Made by a program: the position numbers and the translations under genes. A stretch of DNA of 62,907 nucleotides, filler included, from Chiloscyllium plagiosum (taxonomy: Eukaryota), in the NCBI RefSeq assembly GCF_004010195.1. It is 4 parts of one record of this genome, joined end to end, with 100 filler letters (N's around TTAATTAATTAA, not from the genome) between each part and the next. Parts side by side here need not be neighbours in the genome. Positions count along the whole stretch, not along the records: positions 37,049 to 59,190 come from NC_057713.1; 3 more parts are not named here. One strand, written 5' to 3'. The notes beneath the pieces were generated by a model that ran no database searches, had not been told where the DNA came from, and saw only the letters and a program-made list of their open reading frames with translations. Positions 37,049 to 49,300 of this stretch are shown here, in pieces (within the stretch, counting starts at the first letter, position 1; each line of letters opens with the position of its first letter).

Positions 37049-37295
37049 TCGAACCCCCTGCCCAGGGCTGCGCGCAGCTGTTGAGGCCATAGCTCTGAGG
37101 TTGGCTGGTCCCTGAATTGGCGTTAGGCCGAAGCCAGCATGAAGATCCACCAATAGCAGGTCAGCACAACCAAACGATCCTCCAACGTCCAATCACGATC
37201 CAGCGATGATCTCCACTAGCTCTGATGACTCGCAACTCGACCCCTGTCCCGATAAGAACAGACACTTGATCTTAGCCAAAAGGCCGAGAAGCGAT
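37049..37295 (-). mobile_element. Putative 5' end of a Tx1-clade LINE: U2-derived head, 160-nt 5' UTR, ORF1 start
   Basis: ATG at 37090 gives MASTAARSPGQGVR running into the gap; same strand and CpG-rich character as the Tx1 3' end across the joiner. Confidence 0.65.
37251..37295 (-). pseudogene. RNU2: U2 snRNA 5' fragment (nt 1-50 with a 5-nt deletion)
   Basis: ATCGCTTCTCGGCCTTTTGGCTAAGATCAAGTGT-CTGTTCTTATC equals vertebrate U2 nt 1-34 joined to nt 40-50; no Sm site, no 3' half, no evident PSE upstream. Confidence 0.93.
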
Positions 37296-38082
37296 CAAGT
37301 TCCTCCAGCCCTCCATCTTGCACTGCCGTCAGCAACATCTTAAAGCACACTCCATGCCAACACAAACCCCCACCATACCCCATTCAATCAAGTGACCAAA
37401 TTAAACAATCCTCAATTGTTATAAAAACCCACAAAGTTAACTGATGGCCTTTCTGGAAGGAATGCTGCTGCCTTACCTGCTGTAGTCTCAATGTGACTTA
37501 AGGGCCACAGCAATGTGTTGGCTCTGAAATGGTTGAGCAAGTCATGCACAGTTCAAGTGTAATTAGGGATTTGGAACAAATGCTGTCCTGGCATATCTCA
37601 TGAAGAATTAATGAACTTTATAAGCCTCTTAAATCTAATATTAAAATTTTAACTCTCTATTAAGGAACAGATGGAGCTTTCTCACTGAATTCTTAATTCA
37701 GTGTATTTTGATGAACATTGCTTTGTAAAATGTTTTACATTGTTTATGTAGGGTTATACATTTCAGTCTGTTTATCCAATTAACCTCAGCCAGCTCTCCA
37801 ATCATATGTAAACAATTGGCTTTGTTCAAGATTAACTCTGCAAGGAGTCTCCTTCACAACCTCTCCCCTGCCCTGAGATGTGATGATGCTCAAATTAAAC
37901 CAGCATCAGTCACCTCTCTAATGAGAGACCAACCTGATGGTTTGGTAGGACTGTGGCAACTTGCCCTTTGCCTTTATTGATGAATCCTGCCTTCATTGCT
38001 CAATAAGAGATATAAGACATCTTTATCTCCAGTCAGTTCCTTGGGACATTGTTTCAGGAAGCTGTCACAAATACATTCTATA

Positions 38083-38968
38083 TAGAGTCATAGAGTCATA
38101 GCGATGTACAGCATGGAAACAGACCCTTCGGTCCAACCCATCCACGCTGACCAGATATCCCAACCCAATCTATTCCCACCTCCAGCGCCTGGCCCATATC
38201 CCTCCAAACCCTTCCTATTCATATATCCATCCAGACACCTTTTAAATGTTGCATTTGTACCAGCCTCCACCACTTCTGCTGGCAGCTCATTCCATACACA
38301 TACCACCCTCTGCGTGAAAAAGTTGCCCCTTAGGTCTCTTTTATATCTTTCCCCTCTCACCCTAAATCTATGCCCTCTAGTTCTGGACTCCCCCACCCCA
38401 GGGAAAAGATTTATCTATTTATCCTATCCGTGCCCCTCAATTTTCTAAATCTCTATAACGTCACCCCTCAGCCTCCGACGCTCCAGGGAAAACAGCCCCA
38501 GCCTGTTCAGCCTCTCCCTNNNNNNNNNNNNNNNNNNNNNNNNNNNNNNNNNNNNNNNNNNNNNNNNNNNNNNNNNNNNNNNNNNNNNNNNNNNNNNNNN
38601 NNNNNNNNNNNNNNNNNNNNNNNNNNNNNNNNNNNNNNNNNNNNNNNNNNNNNNNNNNNNNNNNNNNNNNNNNNNNNNNNNNNNNNNNNNNNCACCTCCA
38701 ATTTTGGTGTCATCTGCAAACTTACTAACTGTACCTCTTATGCTCGCATCCAAATCATTTATGTAAATGACAAAAATTAGAGGACCCACCACCGATCCTT
38801 GTGGCACTCCACTGGTCACAGGCCTCCAGTCTGAAAAACAACCCTCCACCACCACCCTCTGTCTTTTACTTTTGAGCCAGTTCTGTATCCAAATGGTTAG
38901 TTCTTCCTGTATTCCATGAGATCTAACCTTGCTAATCAGTCTCCCATGGGGAACCTTGTCGAACTTCT
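38083..38968 (-). mobile_element. 5'-truncated CR1 (HER1-type) LINE with internal gap
   Basis: Same subfamily as 756-1763; TAGAGTCATAGAGTCATAG tail; SGVPQGSV and KFADDTK. Confidence 0.92.
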
Positions 38969-39320
38969 AGACTACTTTTTCTAATTTGATTAGTCCAAGC
39001 TATGGAAGGAGTAATGTCCCAAAGGACTTTTTTATTGCCTGTATTCTCAACTCCAATAATATTTTCAACATTTCAATGTTGTAAATATTGATAAAGAGCA
39101 TGAGGTTTTGACTTTCTTACCATTATGATTTTCACCGGTTCTAATTTCTGCTGCACTCTTCTCCATATATTTTCTATCCCTTCCTGTCAGACTTTAATTA
39201 TTGTTCACCTCTTCACTACCCGGCACTCCTGCTCTTTCTCCTTTCTTCTTGAATATTTAAACCTCCTTTCAATTGTACTCTCTCTGCCATCAGTTAGATT
39301 AACGCCCAACCTACATTAAT

Positions 39321-39656
39321 GAGCGGCACGGTGGCACAGTGGTTAGCACTGCTGCCTCACAGCACCAGAGTCCCGGGTTCAATTCCCGCCTCAGGCGACT
39401 GACTGTGTGGAGTTTGCACGTTCTCCCCGTGTCTGCGTGGGTTTCCTCCGGGTGCTCTGATTTCCTCCCATAGTCACAAAGATGTGCAGGTCAGGTGAAT
39501 TAGCCATGCTAAATTGGCAGTAGTGTTAGGGAAGGTGTAATACGTAGGGGTAGGGGTAGGGGTAGGGGTATGGGTGGGTTGCGCTTCGGCGGGTCGGTGT
39601 GGACTTGTTGGGCCGAAGGGCCTGTTTCCACACTGTAATGTAATCTAATCTAATCT
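39321..39656 (+). mobile_element. HE1/V-SINE-type SINE, full length
   Basis: A and B boxes, V-domain-like core, internal (GGGGTA)4, (TAATC)n tail. Confidence 0.9.
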
Positions 39657-39807
39657 CCTCCAATTCACCAGAACATGGTCCCATCATGCTTCAAAGGAAG
39701 CCCATCCCAGGAGAACAGCTCACTCTTTCCCCTGTGCTGGTGCCAGTTCCCAACTGAACTGAATATGTCTCAGCTACCACACCCCTTAATAATTAAAGAA
39801 CTATAGG

Positions 39808-40000
39808 TAAAAACAATGACTGCAGATGCTGGAAACCAGATTTTGGATTAGTGGTACTGGAAGAGCACAGCAGTTCAGGCAGCAGTAAAATTGACGTTTC
39901 AGGCAAAAACCCTTCATCAGGAATACAGGCAGAGAGCCTGAAGGGTGGAGAGATAAGTGAGAGGAGGGTGGGGGTGCGGAGAAAGTAGCATAGAGTACAA
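39808..40000 (-). mobile_element. Penelope terminus with hammerhead core at about 39889-39925
   Basis: Minus strand ATTC-CTGATGA-A-GGGT tttt GCCT-GAAAC-GTC; stem I imperfect. Confidence 0.72.
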
Positions 40001-40544
40001 TGCTTGGCATTGTTATTTCTGATTCCCCCGCACCTCTTATCAAAACATATGCCAATGCTGTTCTGGTTGGTAACCACTGGTCAGTACCGAGCCAGTACAC
40101 AGCTACCTCCTAGCCAGGAATCAACAGACTGATTCCCAGTCTGGTCAGAAATTGCGCTGAAATGAAGAGAAGAGTTCAGTGTCACTGCAACCTCATCCCC
40201 ACTATCCATGTTATTGGAGTAACTGAGAGAGGACAGGCTTCCCTTAACTTCCAGGAAGTTAAAGCTATTTTAATGGCATGTAAACTACATATTTACAACT
40301 TTTTCAAGCACAAATGAAATATACATTTCTGGACTTTTTTTTCATTTCAATCAACTTTGAATGATAAATGACTGGATAAGTCATGAATGAGGACACCATT
40401 TACTCTTTAAATTCCATTTCTTTGGACTGGATTTTCTTTTCTTTGGCCAATTTTTCCACTCTTCCTTTATCAAAATATTTAATTTCTTAAACATAAAGAG
40501 AAACTTCTGGAAAAACTCAGCGCACTACAGAACATTGGTACAGA

Positions 40545-41352
40545 AATCATCAGTGCTTGGGAGCCTCCTGCGAAGCGCTTCTTTGATGTTTCCTCCGGTG
40601 TTTATAGTGGTCTGTCCCTGCCGCTTCCGGTTGTCAGTTTCAGCTGTCCGCTGTAGTGGTTGGTATATTGGGTCCAGGTCGATGTGTTTGTTGATGGAGT
40701 TTGTGGATGAATGCCATGCCTCTAGGAATTCCCTAGCTGTTCTCTGTCTGGCTTGCCCTATGATAGTACTGTTGTCCCAGTCGAATTCATGTTGCCTGTC
40801 CTATATAGTGTTTAGTGCAGTCCTTGCATAGTATTTTGTACACTACATTNNNNNNNNNNNNNNNNNNNNNNNNNNNNNNNNNNNNNNNNNNNNNNNNNNN
40901 NNNNNNNNNNNNNNNNNNNNNNNNNNNNNNNNNNNNNNNNNNNNNNNNNNNNNNNTGATGAAGTTGCGCGGGTATCCATTTTTGGCGAGTACCTTGTATA
41001 GGTGTTCCTCTTCTTCTTTTTGCAGTTCTGATGTACTTCAGTGTGTTGTGGCCCTTTTGAATAGTGTCCTGATGCAGTTTCGTTTGTGTGTGTTGGGGTG
41101 GTTACTTTCATAGTTTAGGACTTGGTCTGTGTGTGTGGCTTTCCTGTTTACCCTTGTAGTGAATTCTCCGTTCGGTGTTCTCTGTACCATCACGTCTAGG
41201 AATGGGAGTTGGCTATCCTTTTCTTCTTCTCTCGTGAATCGGATTCCTGTGAGTGTGGCGTTGATGATCCGGTGTGTTTTTTCTATTTCCGTGTTTTTAA
41301 TGATTACAAACGTGTCATCGAAATATCTGACCCAGAGTTTGGGTTGAATTTG
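40545..41352 (-). mobile_element. Penelope-like element (second family): RT C-terminus and end of endonuclease
   Basis: WVRYFDDTFVII..LPFLDVMV..RKATHTDQVLNYESNHP; HEFDWDNSTIIGQARQRTAREFLEAWHS..INKHIDLDPIY. Confidence 0.88.
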
Positions 41353-41735
41353 TGGTACGAACAAATCAACGGAACACCCATGGGATCACCAATCTCGGGA
41401 CTCATAGCAGAGGCAGTTATGCAAAAGTTAGAACAAACAGTCCTACCACAAATTCAACCCAAACTCTGGGTCAGATATGTCGATGACACATTTGTAATCA
41501 TTGAAAACACGGAAATAGAAAAAACACACCGGATCATCAACGCCACACTCACAGGTCCTGTTTGTCCTATTCACTACAAGGGTATACAGGAAAGCCACAC
41601 AGACCAAGTCCTAAACTATGAAAGTAACCACCCCAACACACACAAACGAAGCTGCATCAGGACACTATTCAAAAGGGCCACAACACACTGCAGTACACCA
41701 GAACTGCAAAAAGAAGAAGAGGAACCCCTTTACCA
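41353..41735 (+). mobile_element. Inverted copy of the same Penelope RT region
   Basis: YEQINGTPMGSPISGLIAEAVM..WVRYVDDTF; reverse complement of about 41000-41352 with an internal deletion. Confidence 0.88.
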
Positions 41736-43650
41736 ATGAAGAACAAAATTCCATTTTCCTTCCTAATTACCTGGTGTATCTGCAGACCAACTTTCTGTGA
41801 TTCATGCACAAGGACACCCAAGTGTCCCTGCATAGCAGCATGTTGCAGCTTTTTACCATTCAAGTAATAATCCGTTTTAGTGTAACTCCTACCAAATGGA
41901 TGACCTCACATTTATTAACATTGTATTCCATCTGCCAGGCCTTTGCCCACCCACTCGTAGTATCTATGTTCCTCTGCAAAGTTTCACCGTCCTCTGCACA
42001 CTTAGCTCTGCCACTCATCCTAGTGTCATCTGCAAACTTTGACACACTAAACGTGATCCCCAACTCCAAATCATCTATTTCTATTCTTCCTTGATAATAG
42101 GCTCAAGCATCTTCCCCACAACAAAGGTTAAGCTAACTGGTTTATAATTCCACATCTTTTGCTCATCTCCCTTTTTAAACAGTGGCATCACAATTACTGT
42201 TTTCCAATCTTCTGGGACTGCCTCAGAGTCAGCACTTGTTATTTCTCCCACCATCTCTTTTAGTAACCTGGGATGCATTCCATCAGAGTCAGGAGACTTG
42301 TCTATCCTTAGCTCTATTACTTGTCCAACACTACCATCTTCCATAATAATGATTGTTTCCAGGTCCTCACCTACTTTCGTCTCTTTGTCAATTACTGGCA
42401 TGTTATTAGTGTCCTCCACTGTCAAGACCAAGGCAAAATACCTGTTCAATGCCTGGGCCATTTCATCATATCCCATAACTAAATGTCCCTTCTCATCCTC
42501 TAAAGGGCCAGCATTTACTTTAGCCACTCTTTTTCATTTTATATATTTATATAAACTTTTGCTATCCGTTGTTATGTTCTGTGGTAGTTTTTTCTCATAC
42601 TCTATCTTACTTTTCTTTATAGCTCTTTTTTGTGGCTTTCATTTGACCTTTAAAGCTTTCCCAATCTTCTAGATTCCTGCTGTTTTTGGCCATGTTGTAT
42701 GCCTTCTCTTTCAATGTGATAGCCTCCCTTATTTTCTTAGAAACCCATGGTGGACTACCCCCTTTTCTTACAGTCCTTCCTTTTCACTGGAATATAATTT
42801 TGGTAAGCACTTTGAAAAATTGCTTTGAAAGTCTTCCACTGTTCATCAACTGTCCCATCATAAAACCTTTGTTTCCAGTCTACTTTAGCCAAGTCCCCCC
42901 TCATTCTATTGTAGTCTCCCTTGTTTAAGCACAGCACCCTGGTATTGGATTTTATCTTCACACTCTCATCTGTATTCTAAATTCAACTATACTATGATTG
43001 CTCCTGTCAGGAGGATCTGTAACTCTGAGGTCATTTATTATTCCTGTCTCATTACACAGGACCAGATCTAGGATAGCTTGCTCCCCCATCGGTTCCATTT
43101 CATACTGTCCAAGAAAATTATCACAGATACACTCAATGAACACCTCCTCAAGTCTACCCTGACTGAGCTGGTTCGACCAATCAACATGTAGATTAAAATC
43201 CCCCGTGATAATTGCTGTTCCATTTTTACAGCATGAGTTTTTTTTTGTTTATTGCCCTCCCTAATGCAATGTTATTTTTGGTAGCCTATAGACTACTCCG
43301 ATCAATGACTTTTTCTTATTAGGATTTCTAATTTCCACTCAAGGGATTCAACCTAATTCTCCATATAACCTATGTAATCTCTCAGCACCACCCTGATGTC
43401 ATCCTTTAGTATCAAAACTACATCATCTCCCTTACCTTCCTGTCTGTCCTTCTGAATAGTCTGAATCCCCTGGATATTTAACTCCCAGTCGTGACCATCC
43501 TGTAACCATGTCTCCGTAACGGCTACTAAATCATATTCGTTCATGATGATTTGTGTTGTTAACTCACCAACCTTGTTACAAATGCTAAGAGCATTCAGGT
43601 AAAGTGCCCTTATGCTAGCTTTCTTACCCTCATGATTTCCAACTCTCTCA
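41736..43650 (-). mobile_element. Decayed CR1 ORF2 (endonuclease to RT) with internal deletions
   Basis: DLVAVTETWL, ILDLVL, NYKPVSLT, KFADDT motifs across several broken ORFs. Confidence 0.88.
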
Positions 43651-44128
43651 TCAGGGAGGGAGTACCAGGATTGTGATGACAGTGAAGGAGTGGCGATATA
43701 TTTCCAAGTCAGGATGGTAAGGCAAACTTGCAGAAGGTGGTGGTGACCCTCAGGTTAAGCCACCACTCATCATTGCTTTCTAAGAGAGAGCAGTCCCAAC
43801 ATCCTTTGGGACTATGGAAACTTTGGGGCTCAGTTGGCTGGACAGTTGGTTAGCAACACAGAGTAACACTGACAGCATGAGCTAAAATCCCACACTGACC
43901 ATGTTTACTTAAAGGATATTCAAGGGGAGAGGTTGAGAAGGATAGGACTTTAAAGTCTTGCCCTTGCCTGAGGCAAGTTAAAACCATCTCCTGTTGTTTC
44001 TGTCTCTTTAATGAGGAAGTTGGATGTTGGTAACTTTACCTCTCACACTACTACTGAGCATCAGTGGTGGAGAGAGTCAGTATTTATTGATGTGATGGCA
44101 GTCAAGTCAGTTGCTTTGTCCTGGATGG

Positions 44129-44438
44129 TTTAGATTACTTACAGTGTGGAAACAGGCCCTTCGGCCCAACAAATCCACACACCGACCCGCCGAAGCGCAA
44201 CCCACCCATTCCCCTACATTTACCCCTTTACCTAACACTACGGGCAATTTAGCATGGCCAATTCACCTGACCTGCACATTTTTGGACTGTGGGAGGAAAC
44301 CGGAGCACTCGGAGGAAACGCACACAGACACAGGGAGGATGTGCAAACTCCACACAGACAGTCGCCTGAGTCGGGAATTGAACCCGGATCTCTGGCGCTG
44401 TGAGGCAGCAGTGCTAACCACTGTGCCACCATGCTGCC
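44129..44438 (-). mobile_element. HE1/V-SINE-type SINE, full length
   Basis: Reverse complement of the 39321 family. Confidence 0.9.
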
Positions 44439-44994
44439 CACAAGCTTCTTGAGTGTTGTTGGAGCTGCACTTATTCAGGCAAGTGGGTAATCCATCATAC
44501 TCTTGACTTGTGCTTTGTGAATAGTGGATGGGCTTTGGGGAGCTACCCAGAGCAAGACTCCAAGTCCTTGACCTGCTCTTGTAGTTGTTGTTCGCATATG
44601 GCTAATCCAGTTCAGTCTGTGGTCAATGTTAGTGGGGGTATATGTTAGTGGGTATAATTCCAACTCTCCACACCTCTCATAACTTTGTAAGCTTCTATCA
44701 GGTTGCTCCTCAGCCATCGACATTCAAGTGAAAACAAACCAAGTTTATCCAATTTCTCTACCCTCTCTGAAGTCTCCACATCCTTTTGGTAATGTGGCAA
44801 ACAGAACTGTACATAATATTCCAAATTCTATACAGCTGCAACGTGATTTACCAAGTTTATTGGCACATTGTTAGTGGAGGTTTCAGTAATGTTAATGCCA
44901 TCGAATATCAATGGGGATAATGTTTTTGACATGTTCATAATTTGGCATTTGTGTAGTAGGTATGTTCCTGGCCACGTTTCAGCTCAAGCCTGGG

Positions 44995-45737
44995 GAGAAC
45001 AAAGAACAATCAATAATACAGCACAGGAACAGGCCCTTTAGCCCACCAAGCTTGTGCTGACACATGATGCCTTTCTAAACCCAAACGCCTTGTCTTTATG
45101 TAGTCCATATCCGTCTATTCCCGGCATATTCATATAATTGTCACCATGCCTCTTAAATCTTGCTATTGTATCATCTGGCAGCACATTCCAGGCACTTACC
45201 ACCCACTGTGTACACAACTTGCCCCTCACATCTCCGTTAAACCTTCCCCCTTTTACCTTAAACTTAGGTTCCCTAGTAATTGACATTTCTAATCTGGGAA
45301 ATAATTCCAACTCTCCACACCTCTCATAACTTTGTAAGCTTCTATCAGGTTTCTCCTCAGCCATCGACATTCAAGTGAAAACAAACCAAGTTTATCCAAT
45401 TTCTCTACCCTCTCCGAAGTCTCCACATCCTTTTGGTAATGTGGCAAACAGAACTGTACGTAATATTCCAAATTCTATACAGCTGCAACGTGATTTACCA
45501 ATTTTTAGACTCTATGCCCTGACTGATTAAGTAAGCATGCTATATGCCTATTCGACCATCTTATCCATTTGTGTTGCCACTTTCAGGGATCTGTGGACTT
45601 GTACACCTAGATTCCTCTTGATGTTTCTAAAAGTTCTGCCATTTACTGTATCCTTTCCTCCTGCATTATACCTTCCAAAATGCGTCACATCGCATTTATC
45701 TAGATTAAATTCCATCTGCTCTTTCTCCACCCAAACT
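44995..45737 (-). mobile_element. Decayed CR1 3' part
   Basis: QMEFNLDKCDVTHFGR; SAWNVLP; short-repeat tail near 45000. Confidence 0.85.
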
Positions 45738-46722
45738 TGATTGAGTTTTTTGAGAAAGTAACAAAGTGGATTGATGAGGGCAGAGTGGCAGACGTGATCT
45801 ATATGGACTTCAGTGAGGCGTTAGATGAGTTCCCCATGGGAGACTGCTTAGCAAGGTTAGATCTCAAGGAATACAGGGAGAACTAGCCATTTGAATACAG
45901 AACTGGCTCAAAAGTAGAAGACAGAGGGTGGTGGTGGAGGGTTATTTTTCAGACTGGAGACCTGTGACCAGTGGAGTGCCACAAGGATCAGTACTGGGTC
46001 CTCTACTTTTTGTTTTTTACATAAATGATTTGGATGCGAGCATAAGAGGTACAGTTAGTAAGTTTGCAGATGACACCAAAATTGGAGGTGTAATGGACAG
46101 CGAAGAGGGTTACCACAGATTACAACAGGGTCTGGACCAGATGGGCCAATGGGCTGAGAAGTGGCAGATGGAGTTTAATTCAGATAAATGCGAGGTGCTG
46201 CATTTTGGGAAAGCAAATCTTAGCACTTAATGGTAAGGTCCTAGTGAGTGTTGCTGAACAAAGAGACTTTGTAGTGCAGGTTCATAGCTCCTTGAAAGTG
46301 GAGTCGCGGGTAGATAGGATAGTGAGGAAGGCGAGGCTGAGGGGTGACCTTATAGAGGTTTACAAAATTATGAGGGGCATGGATAGGACAAATAGACAGT
46401 CTTTTTCCTGGGGTCGGGGAGTCCAGAACTCGAGGGTATAGGTTTAGGGTGAGAGGGGAAAGATATAAAAGAGACCTAAGGGACAACGTTTTCACACAGA
46501 GAGTGGTACATGTATGGAATGAGCTGCCAGAAGAAGTGGTGGAGGCTGGTACAATTACAACATTTAAGAGGCATTTGGATGGGTATATGAATAGGAAGGG
46601 TTTGGAGGGATATGGGCCAGGTGCTGGCAGGTGGGACTAGATTGGGTTGGGATATCTGGTTGGCATGGACGGGTTGGACCGACGGGTCTGTTTCCATGAT
46701 GTACATCTCTATGACTCTATGA
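45738..46722 (+). mobile_element. 5'-truncated CR1 (HER1-type) LINE
   Basis: ORF 45928-46230 [14 protein letters not shown] and KFADDTK; CTCTATGACTCTATGAC tail. Confidence 0.92.
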
Positions 46723-46829
46723 CGTTAATCTATCTATATCCTAATCAGGCATTTGGACACGTGAGAAAATCCACTCAGCATTGCAGAGAGAAAGCCTCAG
46801 TAAAACTCAGCAAAACTGACACTAAATCA

Positions 46830-47759
46830 ACATCTGGTAAGATTCAGCCTGATGCATTTGAAAGTAAGAAACATTGTGCTTGCCTACAGGGGAAGAGCTC
46901 TAGACTGAGACTAACTGGACGGTTGACACAGCCAGGATAAGAAATAGAACCTAAGAAAGAGGAGCAGGTGTAGCCATTTGAGCCCCAAATTTGCCCACCA
47001 TTCAACAAGATCATTACTGACCTGGCCCAGTATGACACTCCTGTTTTCTGTCATAACCATCAACTTCTCAATATCTACAAATCTATCTATCTGCTCTTTC
47101 AATCCTTTCAGTATCTAGTTTCCAAAATTCTCCAGTGTAGACAATTCCAAGCATTCACTACTCTATGCGAGAAGAAATTCCTTTACATCTCAGGTTTAAA
47201 TGAGTATCCCTTTAGTCTGTAACTATGTCCCCTAAATCAAGATTCCCTCATTGATGGAAACATCGTCTCGGCATCTCCCCGATCAAGCCCCTCAGAATCA
47301 TGTCCATTTCAATAAGACCATTCCTCATTCTTCCAATGACTAATTAATAAAGGCATGACCTGTTTGGCCATTCATGATAAGTCCACCCGCTCACTCCAGG
47401 AATCAGCCGAATGAATCTCTTTTGAACTGCCTCCAATGCCAGTATGTACTTCCTTAAATAAGGGGACAAAAACTACAGATACCTCACCAATATCATGTAC
47501 AGTGTAAAACGGCTTGACCAATTTTAAAATTCCCACCACCTCTCCTTGCAAAAAACCGTCCTGTACAAGCTTTTATCTGGCATCCAACTGAACGCTTTCT
47601 GAAAACCCAAAATAGTACATGTACCAACTCCCCAGCCCCATCTATTTCTTATCCTGGCTGTGTCAACCGTCCAGTTAGTCTCAGTCTAGAGCTCTTCCCC
47701 TGTAGGCAAGCACAATGTTTCTTACTTTCAAATGCATCAGGCTGAATCTTACCAGATGT
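46830..47759. repeat. Perfect 119-bp inverted duplication (46830-46948 and 47641-47759)
   Basis: The two arms read as exact reverse complements; the ~690-bp spacer holds an old CR1 3' end. Confidence 0.95.
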
Positions 47760-48056
47760 GGCACAGTGGTTAGCACTGCTGCCTCACAGCGCCAGAGACC
47801 TGGGTTCAATTCCTGCCTCAGGCGACTGACTGTGTGGAGTTTGCACATTCTCCCCGTGTCTGCGTGGGTTTCCCCCGGGTGCTCCGGTTTCCTCCCACAG
47901 TCCCAAAATGTGCAGGTTCGGTGAATTGGCCATGCTAAATTGCCCGTAGAGTGAGGTGAAGGGGTAAATGTAGGGGAATGGATCTGGGTGGGTTGCGGGT
48001 CGGTGTGGACTTGATGGGCTGAAGGGCCTGTTTCCACACTGTAAGTAATCTAATAA
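47760..48056 (+). mobile_element. HE1-type SINE, slightly 5'-truncated
   Basis: Starts GGCACAGTGGTTAGCACTGC; TAATCTAAT tail. Confidence 0.9.
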
Positions 48057-49182
48057 AACTCTGCCTGTTAATGTGCCAAAAGCCTCCTGTGTGATTCTAT
48101 GATTTGCAACCAAAAGGATTTTCAATTGTTTTGTGCATATTCCCACCACAGGAAGGTCAGATGAAGTAACTGACTGCAGGAGCAAATCTGACTCCAGGTG
48201 CTGACTGAAACTGATTTTGCTCAATGTCTGAGTTGTGAAAGCAATGACCCTTTAAAATGGACATAAATCTCACCTTTTGCTGCAAAATTAAGTTTTTGTA
48301 TTATGAGCATTTCATTCAAGTACATTCCTATTTATTTGTTCTCATATGTCTGATGTCAGTGTTTTAATATTCTTTCATCAGATGTGGGCTTTAAGATCAA
48401 GGTCAACGTCTGTTGCCCATTCTGCTTGCTCTTGAGAATGTGGTGATGAGCACTGCTGTGAAAGTACTTTGGGTGGCTGGAGTTAAACCAGTGGGATATT
48501 TCTCCATTAAATTTCTGGAACATAAGATCATGGTTCTGAAAGGATTAATGCAGATTATGTTCATTGAATTCGATGAAATCTGATGTTGTCCTTAGCACTT
48601 GAATAGGAAATGGCAGAACATCTGAGGATCTTGTAAGGGGTAGATCTGTTATCTCCCCCTTTGCTCATTGTCTTCCTCATTGTCTTCGCATCATAGGGCA
48701 GAATCCTATAGGGGTCTGAGAGATACGGACTATGACAAGAATCAGGTGTCATGTTTGATGAGGCCTGTGTCGACATTAGCAGCAATTCACACCATCTTTT
48801 ATGCTTTTCGTAAGTGATTTGGAAAGATTCCTGCTAGGAGGTGGCAAAATGTCAGCTGATGGGGTTTAACACTTGTTAGGTGCCTTATTAACAGAACAAC
48901 TCACCTCATTAATATTCAGACTCCCATTTTATCAAATGTACAAACAAGACCGCCTCTGGGAAAATTTGATATGGAGATCAGAGCAGGTATGTGGCCGAAT
49001 CAGTTAACTGCGCACTCCCAATGATCTTCACATTGGAAAGCAGCCACTGTGCTCTCAGGCCATGCCCCACGGACACTGTGACGTGCACATTACGTCCACA
49101 ACCATGAGCATTTGTTAAGTGCCAACCTTGAAGAACTCTCCGATCCATTTACCCTTCAAAGCTGCACTGTACAGTACAATAA

Positions 49183-49300
49183 AGGGCTCTTGTGGTGCAG
49201 TGGTAATGTCCCTAGCTCTGAGCCAGGTGGAGTGGGTTCAAGTTCCACCTGCTCCACAGGTTATCATAAGTGCCCTGGATAGGTCGATTAGAAAATACCT
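49183..49300 (+). mobile_element. Short tRNA-derived SINE head
   Basis: GTGGTGCAGTGG (A box) and GGGTTCAAGTTCC (B box); cloverleaf degenerate. Confidence 0.5.

Noticed and set aside
37251..37295. Functional U2 snRNA gene
   Set aside because: Only 45 nt, branch-point pairing region deleted, no Sm site, no evident PSE.
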